Assembly: GCF_000143415.4 (NCBI RefSeq)
Contig: NW_003314303.1
Span: 1,053,322 to 1,117,321, forward strand
Length of the DNA: 64,000 bases
Origin: Selaginella moellendorffii
Lineage: Eukaryota; Plantae; Lycopodiophyta
Direction of reading: 5' to 3'
Part shown: positions 22,716 through 37,429 of the stretch, piece by piece
How the letters are laid out: each line of letters starts with the position of its first letter
How positions within the stretch are numbered: position 1 is the stretch's first letter
Made by a program: the position numbers and the translations under genes
The notes under the pieces: model-generated
What the model was told of the DNA's origin: nothing
The model's input: the letters and a program-made list of their open reading frames with translations, nothing else
The model's database searches: none

Positions 22716-25700
22716 TGTGAGGGCCAAATGTATAATTATGATGCTATATACTAATATTAGCATAGTGGGATTTTGGTAGCCGTCAAATTGGTTTCAATCC
22801 CGACCACTCGCTTCTGTATATAAGCTAGGGTTTTTGGGCTAATTGATATGCACATTTTCTGTATTTCCTTTCCTTATTCCAAGCACTCATATTGGTGGAG
22901 GTGAGGGGCACCTTTTGATTGTCCCTAAGGAGTGTTTCGATTTGGGATTTTGGTTTATATCTAGCTTTTGCATTGTCTAGATCTAGCTTTTTCCATTTTC
23001 TTTCTTTTATTCTTTCCTTTCAGGAGTTTAGTTTTGATCTAGCTTTTTGGCATTGTCTAGATCTCCCTTTCCTTCTAGCTTTTTGTCATTTCTCTTCTTT
23101 TGCTTTTTCCTTTTCGTTCATCTTCATGGTAAATCAGCAATTTCCTCCTTTGACTCTGGAGTAGTAGTTGGTACAATTGCTTGATACTATGTGCTTGCAA
23201 TTGAACAACAAAACTCAGTTGATAGAGGTATTCACAGCACGTGGTCCAACTTCTCCTGCTCTTAGTGCCAATCCTCACGTTCGGCCGGAGTTCTTTCATG
23301 GGAATCAGGGGGATGATGTGTACCAGTGGTTCGATCACTTCATGGTGATTGCCATATATCATTCTTGGGATGATACTCGATATTTGAGTGAGTTTCCCAC
23401 GTGTCTCCAAGGGACGGTGTTGCAATGGTACAATGGTTTGAGTGCAGCCACTCATGGGGATTAGAGTGTTCTTTTGGACGTCTTCAAATGCACATTTGGA
23501 CATACTAACGATTGTGATGATACCTTCTAACAATTGCATTGTCTTCGTCAAGGGCCATCTGACTTGGTGATGCAATTTGGAGTTCATTTCTGAAGCCTCT
23601 TGCTTTGTGCGGAGCCAAATATCTCAGAGCGGATCAAGCTAGAAGTGTTGTGGCCAGCACTTCGTCAAGATCTTGTCGGACTTGTGCATGCATTTGCTCT
23701 TGCCACCCTTGATGATGCTCTTCGCTTAGCACAACATTATGAAACATCGCCTTTTCCCCTTCTCACTGCACGTCTTTCTGCTCCAATTCCTGTGGGTGAT
23801 GGTCCTATTCCAATGGAGGTTGATGCTGCTGTTGCTCGAGTCCAAGGACAAGGATGAGGATGTGGTCGTGGCCATGACGTTCACTGTTGGGCATGTGATG
23901 AAGTTGGTCACACTTATCGACGTTATTAGCGTTTTCCGAATTGGCAACCTCCATTTCCTAGGTGGAGACCTTGGCATCAACAACATTTTGTTGGTGCTAT
24001 TGTAGTGGAAGGTCTAGACACTGAGATGCATCCGGGAAACGAGGAGTCACGCGAGTAACGGAGGGACCTTGCGCAAATAAGTCAATAACCCTTCCATCTT
24101 TTTATCGGGAGTATCATCAAGGGGTTCACTCAGCACCAGTTCATGCAATGTTTACTTTCCAAGCTCATTTTTACAACAAACAGTCTCCTATTATTCTCTT
24201 CGTGTTGGTTGATACAGGTTCAAGTTTATCTTCTATTGCTTGACCTGTTGCCACATGTTGCTGTCTACACTATCGTCATGCAGCAGAACTAGTTTTCATT
24301 CTTTATGGCAACTGCTGTACATATGTATGTGTACGAGATGAGGTGAACCTAGTTGTGCATGTGGGCAATTTTAAATTTGGGTTGCAATCATTGCGGGTGG
24401 TACCAAGTCAAGATTTTGACCTCATCCTTGGTATAGATTGGTTGCAACGCAATCATGCCAAGTGTGACTTTGAGGCTTCTTCCCCTTGTTTCATACTTCC
24501 TTATATTTTATTCATTCCTCTCACTTTCGTACCTCTTCGTCCCTTTACTTCTACCTTTGTTTCCATTACTTTTGTCCCCTCACTATTTCCTCCTATGTTT
24601 CCATCTTGTTTTGCTCTTCCTTTTTTCGGTCCCTCCGTCAATCTTTGTATTGCAACAGTTGCCCAGCTTATGAAGGAGTATTCTAATCTCTTTGAATTTG
24701 ACTTATTGGCTGGGGCTAAAATTGCCACATATCATCCAATTCCTACCGGGGATGCTCGTCCAATCAAGGTTCCTATTCGTCATCAATCACCCAAAGATAT
24801 CAAGATTTTACGTGCAAACGTCAAGGAGATGTTGGAGAAGGGTGTTATTTAGAAGTTGTGGAGTCCTTGGGCATGTGAACCTCATCTAGTGACAAAGCCT
24901 AATGGGAATATTCATTTTTATATTGACCATCGTCTGTTAAACAAAGTGACGATCCTAGATATGTACCCTCTTCCTCACACTGCTGAGCTCTTAGATCGTC
25001 TAGGGCAAAGTTGTTGGTTCACCAAGCTGGGTACTGGCAAGTATTGATGGTAGAAGAAGATATTCTTAAGACTGCTTTTTGTATATCATTTGGTTTGTAC
25101 AAGTTCTTGGTGATGCCATTTGGTTTGAACAATGCTCTAGCAGTTTTCCAGTGGATGATGGACGAGGTTTTTTGCCATATGCTAGAGGTGACTGCTGACT
25201 TCATTGATGATGTCTTGATCCACTCGGAGGGGACGTGGAAGGAGCATGTTCATGATGTTTGTAAAGTGTTGGATCGTTTAAAGTGGATTGGTTTAAAGCT
25301 GAAGCAGTCGAAATGCGTATTTGAGTCCAAGGACACGACTTATCTTGGGTATCATATTTCTTGTGAGGGTTTGCAAGTTAATCTTGACAAACTTGTGGCT
25401 ATTCTAAAGTTCCCTACTCTGAAGTGTGTGAATGATGTGCAGTGCTTCTTGGGCAAGGTGCAGTATGTCGGTCGTTTTGTAGATCATCTTTCTGATCACA
25501 CTACACCGATACAAGCATTGCTGAAGTCAATAATGTCATCTTTCATCTGATCTCTGGATTGTGAGCAGGCATTCATGGATCTCAAAGAGCTCTTGATGAC
25601 TCCTCTGGTTTTGGCATATCCTGACTACACTCGACCTTTTATTTTGCGTGTGGATACTTTTGATATTGGTCTTGGAGGTATGTTGATGCAAGAGAGCCCA

Positions 25701-27703
25701 AATGTGCCTAGTCAGTGCCATCCTATTGCATATATAAGCCATACATTACCACCAGCAGAGGTGAATTACTCCATGACTAAGAAGGAGTGTTTAGCAGCAG
25801 TCTGGGGTTTCGAGAAATGTTATGCATATCTACATGGTTCTCGGATGTTACTTGAAGGTGATCATGCTGCCGTTACTTCATTATTGAAGCAAAAAAACCT
25901 AGTCAGTCATACTGCTCAGTGGGTTTTGAAGCTTCAGATATATGATTTTGATGTTGTTCATCTAGGGAGTTCTATGGCTGTTGCTGATGCCCTTTCTCGA
26001 GCTCCTTTTCCTTCTCCACTCTTTTATCATATTTCTGATAAGCCTGTTGTTCCGGCATCTGTGGATTTTCTAGATGAGGATTCTATGCCATCAGCAGTTG
26101 TTGTACTTGATGTTCTGTGTCCACAAAGTGTAGAGCAAGATCTACCTTCTCTTGACAAGGTTCACAAGGCTCAAAAGCTTGAGCCATGGATTCGAAAGCT
26201 TTAAGATGGGTTTGAGAATCCTGCATCACTCGCTAATGACTTGCCATTCCGGCATTTACATTCTTAATATCACCTTAAAAATGACCTTCTTTATTTTGTG
26301 GGGACGGATCCTAATAATCCTTTACGGCTGGTGGTGCATTCTGTCTTTATTCCATGGTTCTACATGCCTACCATGATTCTCCTGTTCTAGGTGGGCATAC
26401 GGGACATCGTCGTATGACTAAGAAGCTACGCAAGTCTTTCTATTGGCTAGAGATGTGACGTGATGTTATCCGGTATGTGCATAGCTACGTTTGGTGCCAA
26501 GCTCCCCTCGTTCTGCGAAAGGACAGTTGGAGTCAATTACAATTTCTCATCCGTTTGAGTTGGTGGCATTTGATCTTATGGGACCTTTTCCATGATTGAC
26601 TGCTAGCAATGAGTATGTTATTATTGCTTCTGACTACTTGACTCATTGGGTGGAATTTGGTGCTCTTGCTAGCACCTTTGCAACTGTTGTTGAATACTTC
26701 CTCCTCAATTGAGTGGTATTTCAACATTTCTGTCCAGAGTGGATTCTTTCGGACTATGGTCCCGCATTTATGGCTAAGGTATTTCATGTTTTGACATCTC
26801 GGTTGGGGATACGCCACACTTTCACAAGTGCTTATTATCCACAATCAAATGGTTTGGTGGAACGATTTGTTCGGACGTTTAAAGGGATGATCGCGAAGTA
26901 CATGAACTTTCAGCATTCGGATTGGGATGGTTATTTCCCGTCTCTTTGGTATACATACATTATAAAGGTGCAGAGTTCTATTGGTGCTTCACCATATAAA
27001 CTTTTATATGGTGATAATCTAATATTACCAACAGAGTTGGGTTTACGTTTGCGATTGCCACAAGTTGCCGATGCTAGGTCGTGGGATCAGTATTTGACAA
27101 GCATTCTTGCATTGGTTCTAGCGGAGTTTACCGAACACTTAGGCTGTGTACAAGTGGGACAATAATGGCACTATAACTCCTATCATCGTTCACTTACGGA
27201 GTATAAAGTGGATGACTTGGTGTTAGTCCATTTTCCCCATCTTACAGTATGTGGTTTATCTAAGGGGCTTCTTGCTTAGTGGAAAGGACCGTATTGAGTG
27301 TTGTGGCAAGTTGGACTGCAAGTTTATGAGGTTTGGCATAACGTCCAACAAGCTGATCCTCCAGAGATTGTGCATGTGCAACAATTGAAACGCTTCATAC
27401 CAAGGGATATGGAGCAATTAATACCACCTACAAATCCGTCGGTGCCTCTTTCTAATGTTCCTCCTGATCCCGGCCTGTTTACAAGAGAACCTTGATGGTC
27501 TTCCATTATTCTGAGAGGAGGGGATGATGTGAGGGCCAAGTGTATAGCTACAATGCTGTATATTAATATTAGCGTAGTGGAATTTTGGTAGCCGTTGGAT
27601 TGGTTTCAATCTGGACCACTCGCTTTTGTATATAAACTAGGGTTTTTGAGCTAATTGATATGTACACTTTCTATATTTCCTTTCCTTATTCCAAACATTG
27701 ACA
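22716..27703 (+). mobile_element. Full-length decayed Ty3/gypsy LTR retrotransposon (no chromodomain seen)
   Basis: 176-bp LTRs at 22716-22891 and 27528-27703, TSD atat/atat, PBS tggtggaggtgagggg, gag (GPIPMEV, zinc-knuckle remnant), protease VDTGS, RT FIDD, RNase H, integrase, PPT gagaggaggggatga; many stops. Confidence 0.93.
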
Positions 27704-27754
27704 ATATAAATTTATAGTTCTTTATTTTATATATTTTAGTAACAATATATAAGA

Positions 27755-28700
27755 TATGTGGTTTTCACCCTTTATCTTATAGAGATTTACCATAGGATAA
27801 CCACGAAGTGGAACTTAAACCCTCTATATACCACATGTCACATGCCATATACCACATGCCACATGTCTAAGGACAGCAGACCAAAACCCAAATTTCAAAA
27901 CCTTGGGCCACTAAATTAAGGAATAAAGCCAAACTCCCAAGCTTGCAGCCAACAAAAACATGGAGTGACTCTTGAGCATTTAACCCAAAGAGTGAAGGAA
28001 CAAGAGCATGGAGCAACTTAGAATAGTATTAGAACATCCAACATCTTAATGCCAGAACCAGTATGCAAAATAGAGCCAAACGGAGTTTAGTGCTATTTCA
28101 GCATACCGGTGGTTTAACACAAGGATATGGGTATTGCACTAGTTAGCATGGAATGGAATTTGGGCTTAGACCCAAACTAGATGTAAAATAAGGACAAACA
28201 CATAAGCAACAGCTAAACTATACCTCAAGTTAGTTGGCCATGCCAAACTTACCCACTATCTCTACTATACATTTGGAACCCCCCACAACCCCCACAACCC
28301 CCTCTTTTGAGGAACACATGCTTTGGGCTTTCACCCTTAACCATATTTAGTACTAGGAGTTAGTCTCTGGGACTAATATGAAACTTACTAAATATGCAAT
28401 AGCATTAGATTGTGAAGTTGGATGTGGGACTAACACCATTATGTTTAGGACAATCTCTACATTCTGTAAATATGCCAAATTAGCAAATTTAGATATTTTT
28501 CACAAATAGCAATTAAGATTGAATAGAACTAACATAAGGTGCATAATAGCAAGGGTGTTTGGCAGATACAATAAGCTACTATGTAGTGAATATTGGGGGA
28601 CTAAGCTCAATATCGTAAGGGTTTTGAACATTAGCAAGTGCAAGTCAATGAATGAGTAACACTTGTTCATGCTAACTATTGCACTAGCCAATTTATATAG
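27755..28700. repeat. Unclassified dispersed repeat (also 36318-36850 and inverted at 2200-2950)
   Basis: 27755-28280 is collinear with 36318-36850 (ccacatgtcacatgccatat...aaggacag...). Confidence 0.7.
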
Positions 28701-29306
28701 ATCCTGATCAACAATACAAAGGAACTCAAGTTACTTAAACAAGTGTCAGCAACATTTTACTGATATCTTAAAACTAAGAAACTAGTCTAGAACAAACCAC
28801 AAAGAACATGTGATAATACGAAAAACCATAATCTATTAAAGAGAACATCTAACTATCATGAAAGATCATCAATCATCTCATCAATGAAGAAATGTATAAT
28901 TATTGTCAAAAAAAGAATTCATCCCAAAGAATGGCAAATTATTTTATATCAATAATAATCAAACAAAACCTTTAATAAGGATAATCAACTATCCTAGATG
29001 ATAATTAATCATCATTAATGATTGCCAATGCAAAATATCAACTTCAACATTGAAGTTAATGAGCCAAAATGCCTTCCTTAACAACTCTTAACAACTCTTA
29101 ACAAATGAAACAATGAACATAAAAACTTAAGGAACTAAAAATCTGAAAAGCTTATAACCAAGTCTTGCCTAACAATGATCACAAATCTCATATTAACTAA
29201 TGTCAATGTTAAACAAGAAATTATGGTACAACCCATAATATCTTCAATATGTCCATAACCTAAACTTCATAATACAAAACTAATAAAGAGCATTTCTGCA
29301 TCAATC

Positions 29307-30825
29307 TGTAAGTGACTAATTTTTCCATTCTACTTTAGCCACTTAACCACACCTTCAACCACTTAGAGGAATCTCACTCACAACCTCCATAAGTCTTATT
29401 TCGGACTTAGGCATGCTAGCCCTAAGAATGGCATCCCCGCCACTCAACCTTTGCACTTGGTCCAAGTGCTCCACGTGTCTGATCCCATGATCGACACTCA
29501 AAGGTACCACCAACATAGCAGCCTGTTATACTAAGGCCATGCCCAATCACCTTTGCCGCACTAGTGGTCCAATACCACTTGCATCACAATCCTACCTCTC
29601 AAAGACTAGGCCAACCATCCATGAGTGGTCATCACAAATCCACTCTTTAGCATCCTTCAGATGCCCACTGACAAGGAGAACAACCTTCCTCAATATCCCT
29701 CTTTCAGTCCCAACCAAGTCTTGTCCTACCCATGGCCGTGTTCACCAACACTGCCATTGGGTCAAGGCCCACAAGCCCGACCACTAAGTCCCAATGCCTT
29801 CTGGGACTTCCTTACCATGTGACTATGTCTTTAGTCACTATGCCAGAGGTCTGCTCCTCTTCCTTTCCACAGTCTGGGACTTTGGGGCAACATTTCGAGA
29901 CACCGTGGCCTTACTTGAGCCACCTGGGTACTCTCCCTGCCTTCTGCCCTTAGGTGCTCTAGCCATGGGCTTATAGCGAGGTTCTGTTGAGCCACACCTT
30001 GTATCCAAGTAGGTAGTGCCACTCACACTTGGACTGGGAGCATTGGCCAGTCGATCTCCCGGGGGAACTAGAGCTGGCTCTTGAACACTTCACCAAGCTA
30101 CCCCGCTTGTCGGTCCGTATTCATTCTAGTCTTGGACTTCCCAGTGGTCAGTTCATCACCCAACACTGGGTCTAGCCTATCTGGGCCAAACTGGCCTTTC
30201 CTGGCCAAACTGGCTCCACTGCAGTCCTCCCCACTTACTATACTTTTGGAGCTCACCAAACCCCCCAGGGTCTGGGAGACAAACGCTTTGGGCTCAAACT
30301 CGAACTTGGACTCGGACTCGGACTCGGACTCCATCTTGGGTCCATCTTGGACTCCATCTCGGTCCATCTCGGACTCCATCTCGGGTCCATCTCGGACTCC
30401 ATCTCAGGTCCATCTTGGACTCCATCTTGGGTCCTTCTCGGACTCCATCTTGGACTCCATCTCGGTCCATCTCGGACTCCATCTCAGACTCCAACTCAGG
30501 TCCATCTTGGACTCCATCTCGGACCCCATCTCGGGTCCACCTCAGACTCCATCTCGGACTCCAACTCAGGTCCATCCTAGACTCCATCTTGGACACTTCC
30601 ACGTGTCATGTGTTGGTCCTTTTGGGTCCCTTTTTGGAGCCTCGCTTATTGCTCGCTTCATGCTCGTTCCTTGAGCACTCCGTTGGGAGTTCCACTCCCA
30701 CTCTCGACCTTTCAAGTCGAAGCCTTTTAGTCTAAATGTGTTATGCTCGTTTGGCTTTTGCTTCGGCCACTACCACGTAGCACACTTTCGGCTCCACTTT
30801 GGGGCTTAGGGATTTGTGTCTCACA
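29307..30825. mobile_element. Solo LTR (1.5 kb) with internal 10-12-bp minisatellite
   Basis: TGTAAG...CTCACA, perfect 5-bp TSD caatc, ggactccatctc array at ~30305-30595; homologue at 39586-42396. Confidence 0.85.
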
Positions 30826-32669
30826 CAATCCAAAAGCTAAGCATAACAAAATTATGCTCAATAAATTACCACTAACCCGATCCTCCATGAATTCATCTAT
30901 AGCAAAATGTAATTCACTTTATAATAAGCATAAAAGAAATCATCGATAATCGATATACCCCATTTTAAATTTAGCAAAGATTCAAACATTCCAAAATTAG
31001 TCACTAACTCTTGCTCTCGTGAAGTTAGCGTAGTCTACGACAAAATTACTTTTTAAGGAAAAGCTAAAACTCAACCCCTATTAAACAATCTCATCTAAAA
31101 CATAACTAACTTAACTTACCATTTAGTGTGAAAAGTCTTCAACAAAATTTACAAGTACGCTAATCGCAAAGCAACCAACAATCACTCTTTCAATTTGTCT
31201 TTCACAAAACCCAAACACTAAACTCATGTCATCAAATCATATACTTGTCCAATATGAATGTAATACCCTAGGTATGAGATAAAGGTTCATGGACAAGCAT
31301 GAACTAAATGACAACTCAAATCCAACTCAATTGGAATAAGCTCATTAATATGTCTAACCAACAACTTTGAGCATGCTTTAAAAAAGCTAGCTATATATAA
31401 CTAATATTCAGTTGAAACTAAAGTGAATTCCATGAGATAGATTTATATTGGTACAAAACCTCATCATAAACAAAGTTATAATACGAGTACTAACACATTA
31501 ACCTCAAGCAACTAAATTGGACATCATCATACTCAACCAAGGTATAAGGCCACTAAAACTAAGTCAGGATTAGTGAGAGCTCACTACTCTCATAGAGTGT
31601 AACAAAATGCGAGATGCAACTTGTCACCAAGCATAATGCTATAAAAGAAAGGCACAAGGGTCACTTTTCTAGAAAAGTGTAATAGCTACTTTTCTACATC
31701 AACTCCAAACTCTATCCAACTCAATTGTTTTAGCCAAAAAAACTAACATCCCTTTCATGTCGCATCATATAAATTACATATTAAAGTCTAAGCTAACTAA
31801 AATCTACTCCAACTCTTTCACTAGTTTGTAATGGCTTTTGAAAATGGAATGGTTTTTGAGCAAAATAATCAACAAATCAGCTATTGGAAAAGTTTAAGAA
31901 AATTTATGGAAAATTTTCCTTCCCAGAGAAAGAATGACTTTCAATCTAGAAAACAAACATTCAAAACTCAATCAACTTCCTCTTACCAATAACTTCACAT
32001 AAGTTCACCTCAACACAAATTCTCATAACCCAACAACAAATATCATGCCCATATTTCCAATATCCAACACTGACATTCGTAAAATGCAAAATGAATATCC
32101 AAGGCTTGATCACAAAAACCATATATTCAGATATCCACATTACCCTAACACTCTTCAAGATCTAATATGAAGCCAAAACACTAACAAAAAAACTGACATG
32201 GAAAATCAAGCTCTAAAGAAAATTCTTCATCACTTGAAATAATAATACCACTTCCACTAACATAAGTGTTAGTAATGTCAATGCCTCAATATTACACTTT
32301 CACCATCCAATAATCTACTCCAAGTGCAACAGATTCACCAACAAACCATAGCAAATAAATGCTATAACCCTTTCCAACACTTTAATATGCAACCCTCAAG
32401 GAAACAAGGTATTAATTTAAGCTTAGCATAATGGATCACCATTGAGAATTCAATCAAAGCTACTACAATATTAGTACTTGCAAGTAGACTAGTTTCACTA
32501 TTAACCACTTTGGGACTGATCATCATTTAACCAAGCAATTTTATAAACGCTTTATTCATATGATATAAAAAATCATAGTAATAGTATAAACAGTGCCTAT
32601 GCCATTACTTATGTGAGTATTAAGTGCTAAATCGATTTGACAAAATACAACATAAATACCACACTCCAC

Positions 32670-35170
32670 CATAGTAATGAACACAACCAGAATCCCGGCT
32701 ATATTCACCATGTTTCATGAACACAGCCATAGGTCATGTTCCACGGCCATGTTCATGAATAGTGTATACTGTTATGAACATGGGCCGTGATCCTAGGCAT
32801 GGTTGCCGGGATCACAGCCTGTGTTCATCACACCAAAGTCTTAGGGTGCATGCAACAATCTAGGGTGCACCTCCATCTCCTCCTAGCTCTTAATCTTGCT
32901 TGCTGCCGCTGCCATTGCCAATTCTGGTAGTGCCGCAGCCGCTACTGCCACTGCCAATTCTAACTGTGTCATAGCCGCCTCTGCCACTCCATTTGCCATA
33001 AATTGAGAGGCACTTCATCTGCCCTACTGCTACCAAACATGATGCAGCAATCCAGCATACTGTAGGGGTGAAAGCATCCTTCTTCACAGTGGTGGGACAA
33101 GGTAAGTGCGCTTGAGAGCAAGGGGTATAGCCACAAACTGTGGTCATGCAAATATTGCACAACAGTATACAAGCTTAGTGGCATTGATCATGTGCGAGCT
33201 CATCTATTAGGAGAAGGCCCAGGCAACTGGAATTGGCCCCTTATCCCAAGTAATAAGAAGGCAGAGCTGGTTAACATGCAAAAGGTTATTGACTCTAAGA
33301 AAGGCACAAGGGGGAAGAAACAATTGAATGTAGAACTTTCAATGCTAGTGGTATCATCCTAAGCAAGTGGAAGTGGCTACTTTTCTTCATTGTTTAGTAA
33401 GCAGAGCCAAATCCATATTATAGATTCAATGGATCCAAAGTGGAAAAGTCGAGTTAATGCAGTGATTGGAAGGTTTTTCTAAAATGAACACATTTCATTT
33501 GTGAAGGTTTAATCCCCTCACTTCCTCAACATGATCTAAGAAGTTGCCAAGCATAGTGTGCCTTATGCACCACCAAAATATGATAATCTTCAGGAAAAGC
33601 TTTTGTTGAAAGAGAAAGGATTTATTGATGTTGAGATGGCATCCATGAAGAAGCAGTGGGAGTAGAGGGGTGTAACTATATGTGCAGATAGGTGGGTAGA
33701 TAGGAGGAATTAGCATATCATGGGGCTTGTGGCATATAGTCAAGGATGGGTAGCTTTTCTGAAGGTTATCAATATTTCCTCAATAGGAAAAATAGTTGAG
33801 AATATTTTGCATTGCTGGGAAGAAGGCATTAGTATTGTGGGTGTAGAGTACATTGTCATGGTTGTAACAAATGGGGAAAATGTGAATAGAGCAATAGTAG
33901 CAATTCTAAAACAGAGGTATCTAAAAATTCAATAGGCAACATGTTTTACCCATTGCTTGAACACTGCCTTGAAAGACTTTGGTGAACTTCCATGAATGGT
34001 AATGCTTTTGGAGTGAGGAAAGGCTTTGGTGAGCTTTTTCAGGAACCAGTCTCATATGGCGGTGCTACTAGCAAAGTTTACTCACAAGTGAATGCTACAC
34101 TATTGTGATATGAGGTTTGGCTACAACTTCATTATGATGGAGAGGCCGGTGGAGCTCTAGGAAGCTTTACAATAGATGTTTGTATGTCCTACGTACAGAG
34201 CAAGGCCTAAGTTAAAGATGAGATCAGGCAAAGATAGTTATCAAACCATTTTTTATGACCATTTTTGGGAATAGGTTAAGGACATATTAGAGGTGCTTGA
34301 GGATGTTATGCTGCTACTTCATCTTGTGGATGGTGATATACTTGCGATTGGAAAAATATATAAGTGTATGAATAGATTAGATGCAAGTTTAGATTATGGC
34401 AGATACATGGAACTTCATTAGATCATATATAACCGGTGGCATGAGTATCACTCACTCATACACTCGATGGCATATATACTGGACCCCGAGTTTCAAGAGC
34501 ATGAAAAGCATACCAATGGAGAAGTCATGAACGACTGGAATGCTTATCTGTTGGCCATGTTTATATCCAGTGAGAGGGATGTGATATGGGATGAGCTTTT
34601 AATTTACAGGAGGATAGGAGGTTGATTGCATTAAGAAGGGAGCTGTACGTTGGTGGGAGGACTATGGTTATGAAATTCTAGCTCTTCAGAAGTTGGCCAT
34701 TCAAGAGTTCTAAGTCAGACATACTCGTCATCCTCGGTGGAGAGATTGCTCAACACTTTCAAGCATGTGTCTTCAAAAAAGAGGAATAAATTTACTGTGG
34801 ATAGGATAGTAGATCTGGTTTTTGTGGCTTGCAATAGCAGGCTGTTAACCTAAAAAAATGACTGTGACTACAACAAGTTTATGAGTTACAAAGTACTAAA
34901 GACAGTTCCTCATCTGAAAGATAAGCATGAGTCAGGAAAAGAAGAGGAAGATGGAGATGATATCAAAAATTGTGAGATTGAAGATAATGATGATTCATAG
35001 GATGTTTGAGTAGTTCATATATAATAAAAAGTAGCATATTCCTAGAATAAAAAAGAATATTCTTAGAATATTCAATAGAATATTCATGAGCCATCATGAG
35101 CCATGATTGTGTTTTGTGGTCGAGTTCTTGAAATCTAAGGCTTGTGTTCGTGTTCGTGTTCGTAATTATA
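32670..35170 (+). mobile_element. hAT DNA transposon, decayed copy B
   Basis: TIR-like ends catagtaatgaa / ttcgtaattata, 8-bp TSD cactccac/cactccat, collinear with copy C. Confidence 0.93.
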
Positions 35171-35984
35171 CACTCCATCGATAAAAATTTACAACACCTA
35201 ACACCACTAACTTTTGTTCATAATATAGACAAGCTTATACCACTCTCTTTCTGACCAAACTCAAAACTAATCTAACACAAATCTACTCAAGGATCAATAA
35301 CTAAGTTCCCCAAAAAAGAATTAAGCATTATAACCCAAGCTTTCAATAACAAGATTAGACAAAATGGTTTAGCATTTTATTATTATCCATCTCATGACTC
35401 ACCACTTGTAAAACCTTCATAACCAACATGCATCAAGGTAAAGACTCTTGATTGCATGATATAAATATGAGCAATGAGTCATAGCTCATTGCAAATCATC
35501 TTTCAAAAAAAAGAAGATGATTTACATGTTTGATCCTTCGTCCTTAACAACTTTTTTTTCAAACTCTACTTTGACTAAATCTCAAGCTTGCATTCATATT
35601 ACCTTTAGTTTAATCCAAGAAAAGTTTATGAGAGAGTACAGCAATGATTACTTGAATCAATAGACTAATCCTTACAATTTTTATTGATTTACTTATAATT
35701 ATGCCTAGGAAGGATCCACTAGTGTTGTGTTAAACAACTATGGTCTAGCCTATTTGCCACTCTTATCAAACACGGGAGAGGTCTATTTTTACCCATGGTA
35801 CATGGAACAATTCATGGAACCACTTATAGGCTAATATTAATCTTATCGACTCAAAGTGTAATCTTGAGTTGCTAATATGGCTCATTCATGAGCCCAAATG
35901 CAAACTTGTGCAAACAAAGCATCTTAGTTCATCTTATGAGCCCAAAAGCAAGCTCATATAATCTAATGCGAAAAGGTAACCAAA

Positions 35985-36168
35985 TGTAAGTAACCAAAGA
36001 GAACGACTTGAGAGACGATCCATAAGGTTCAAATATAAAGGGAAAAGGCCCATGAATAAGAGTGCACCCCCTTTTTTAATCGGTTAAAGGTCTTGAGATA
36101 CTTAGGGTTAATCGTCCTTAGTACTGGGCTGGGTGACATCTTGGGAAGTCCAAATTTAGGAGCTTATA
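35985..36168 (+). mobile_element. Cassandra solo LTR
   Basis: TSD ccaaa/ccaaa; homologous to 40150-40344; gtactgggctgggtgacatcttgggaagtcc 5S box-C-like segment. Confidence 0.87.
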
Positions 36169-36317
36169 CCAAAATTTATACCTAAGGAACAAATGCAAGT
36201 GGGAACATATACCCATTTGGATCATCATTTTCATCTTTGTATATGCAACAAGACTAGTTGCCCAATCTCATTGGATAGTACTCGCTAAGACTCATTCTCT
36301 AATACCAAATATAGCAC

Positions 36318-36850
36318 ATATGATTTTCATTCTTTATCTTATGATGATTTATCATAGAAAAACCATAAAGCAGAACCTAAACCCTCTATATGCCATGTGT
36401 CATATGCCACATGCCATATGCCACATGTCCAAGGACAGTGGAGCAAAACCTGAGTTTTAAAGCTTTGGGCCACTGAATTAAGGGATAGAGCCAAACTTCC
36501 AAGCTTGCAACCAAGGAGCAAAGGAACCAAAGCATCAAATGACTCTTGAACATTTAGCCTAGGGAGTGAAGGGATAAAAGCACAAAGCAACTTGGAACAG
36601 TCCTAGAGCATCCAACATCCTAATGCCAAGACCAACACGCAAATGGAGCTAAACAAAGTTTGACACTATTTTAGCATATTGGTGGCCTAATGTGAAAATA
36701 TAGGTATTCCACCAACTAACATAGTATGTAATTTGGGCTTAAACCCAAGCCAGACGTAAAACAAGGACAAGCACACAAGCGAGACTATGTCACAAATTGG
36801 TTACCTATGCTTGACCTACCCACTATCCCTACTATATATTTGGAACCCAC
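36318..36850. repeat. Unclassified dispersed repeat, copy of 27755-28280
   Basis: Direct collinear similarity. Confidence 0.7.
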
Positions 36851-37429
36851 CAAAGAGTTGGAACTCCACAGCATAGATCAAGGCAGGACGAGACCCCTAA
36901 GAGAGACGTCTCATCTTTGTGGTGGCAGCCCAAACTCAATCCATCTCGCCAAAACATGCTTCGAGCTTTTTTTTAAACAACTGAAGATCCATCAGCTCTG
37001 AAACCATGACCCTTTCATGCTCTTCTCCAGGAGAGGAGAAAACCATGACAAAGCTACACCTTCGAGCAGCGTCCCGATCGCACCAATTTGAGACTTAGGA
37101 GTGGGGTACTGCCAATGTTGAAGTGCGAAGATCAGCTCCATCTGGTTCAGGAATTCACAAAGCTTCGAACGCTTGCTTGAGAACTTCGCCGGGAAACTCA
37201 CCTTCGGTTCAAGAACTCTGCTGGATCCTTGAGCCGAAAGTGAAGCAAGCTCCTATTGCATGTGAAGAAAGGTCACCTTTAGCTCGGTATTCTCATACTG
37301 GATTTTTGCAAGGACTTTGGCAAAGAAATTAAGATGGCTTGGAGAGAAAGAAAAGGGGGAAAAAGGCAAAGGCAATTAAAAAATCAAAACGAGCTAAAGC
37401 AAAAGTTAAAAACACAATCTAAATAAAAC
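36851..37429 (-). mobile_element. Leader and truncated gag of a tandem chromovirus copy sharing the 37430-37816 LTR
   Basis: SFPAKFSSKRSKLCEFLNQMELIF... equals the gag at 60532-60933. Confidence 0.85.

Noticed and set aside
28700-35950. Possible Helitron relic in the A/C-rich spacer DNA (ITNMHQGK..LD near 35420 resembles a PIF1 helicase motif)
   Set aside because: Too degenerate to support by eye; needs a frameshift-aware profile search.
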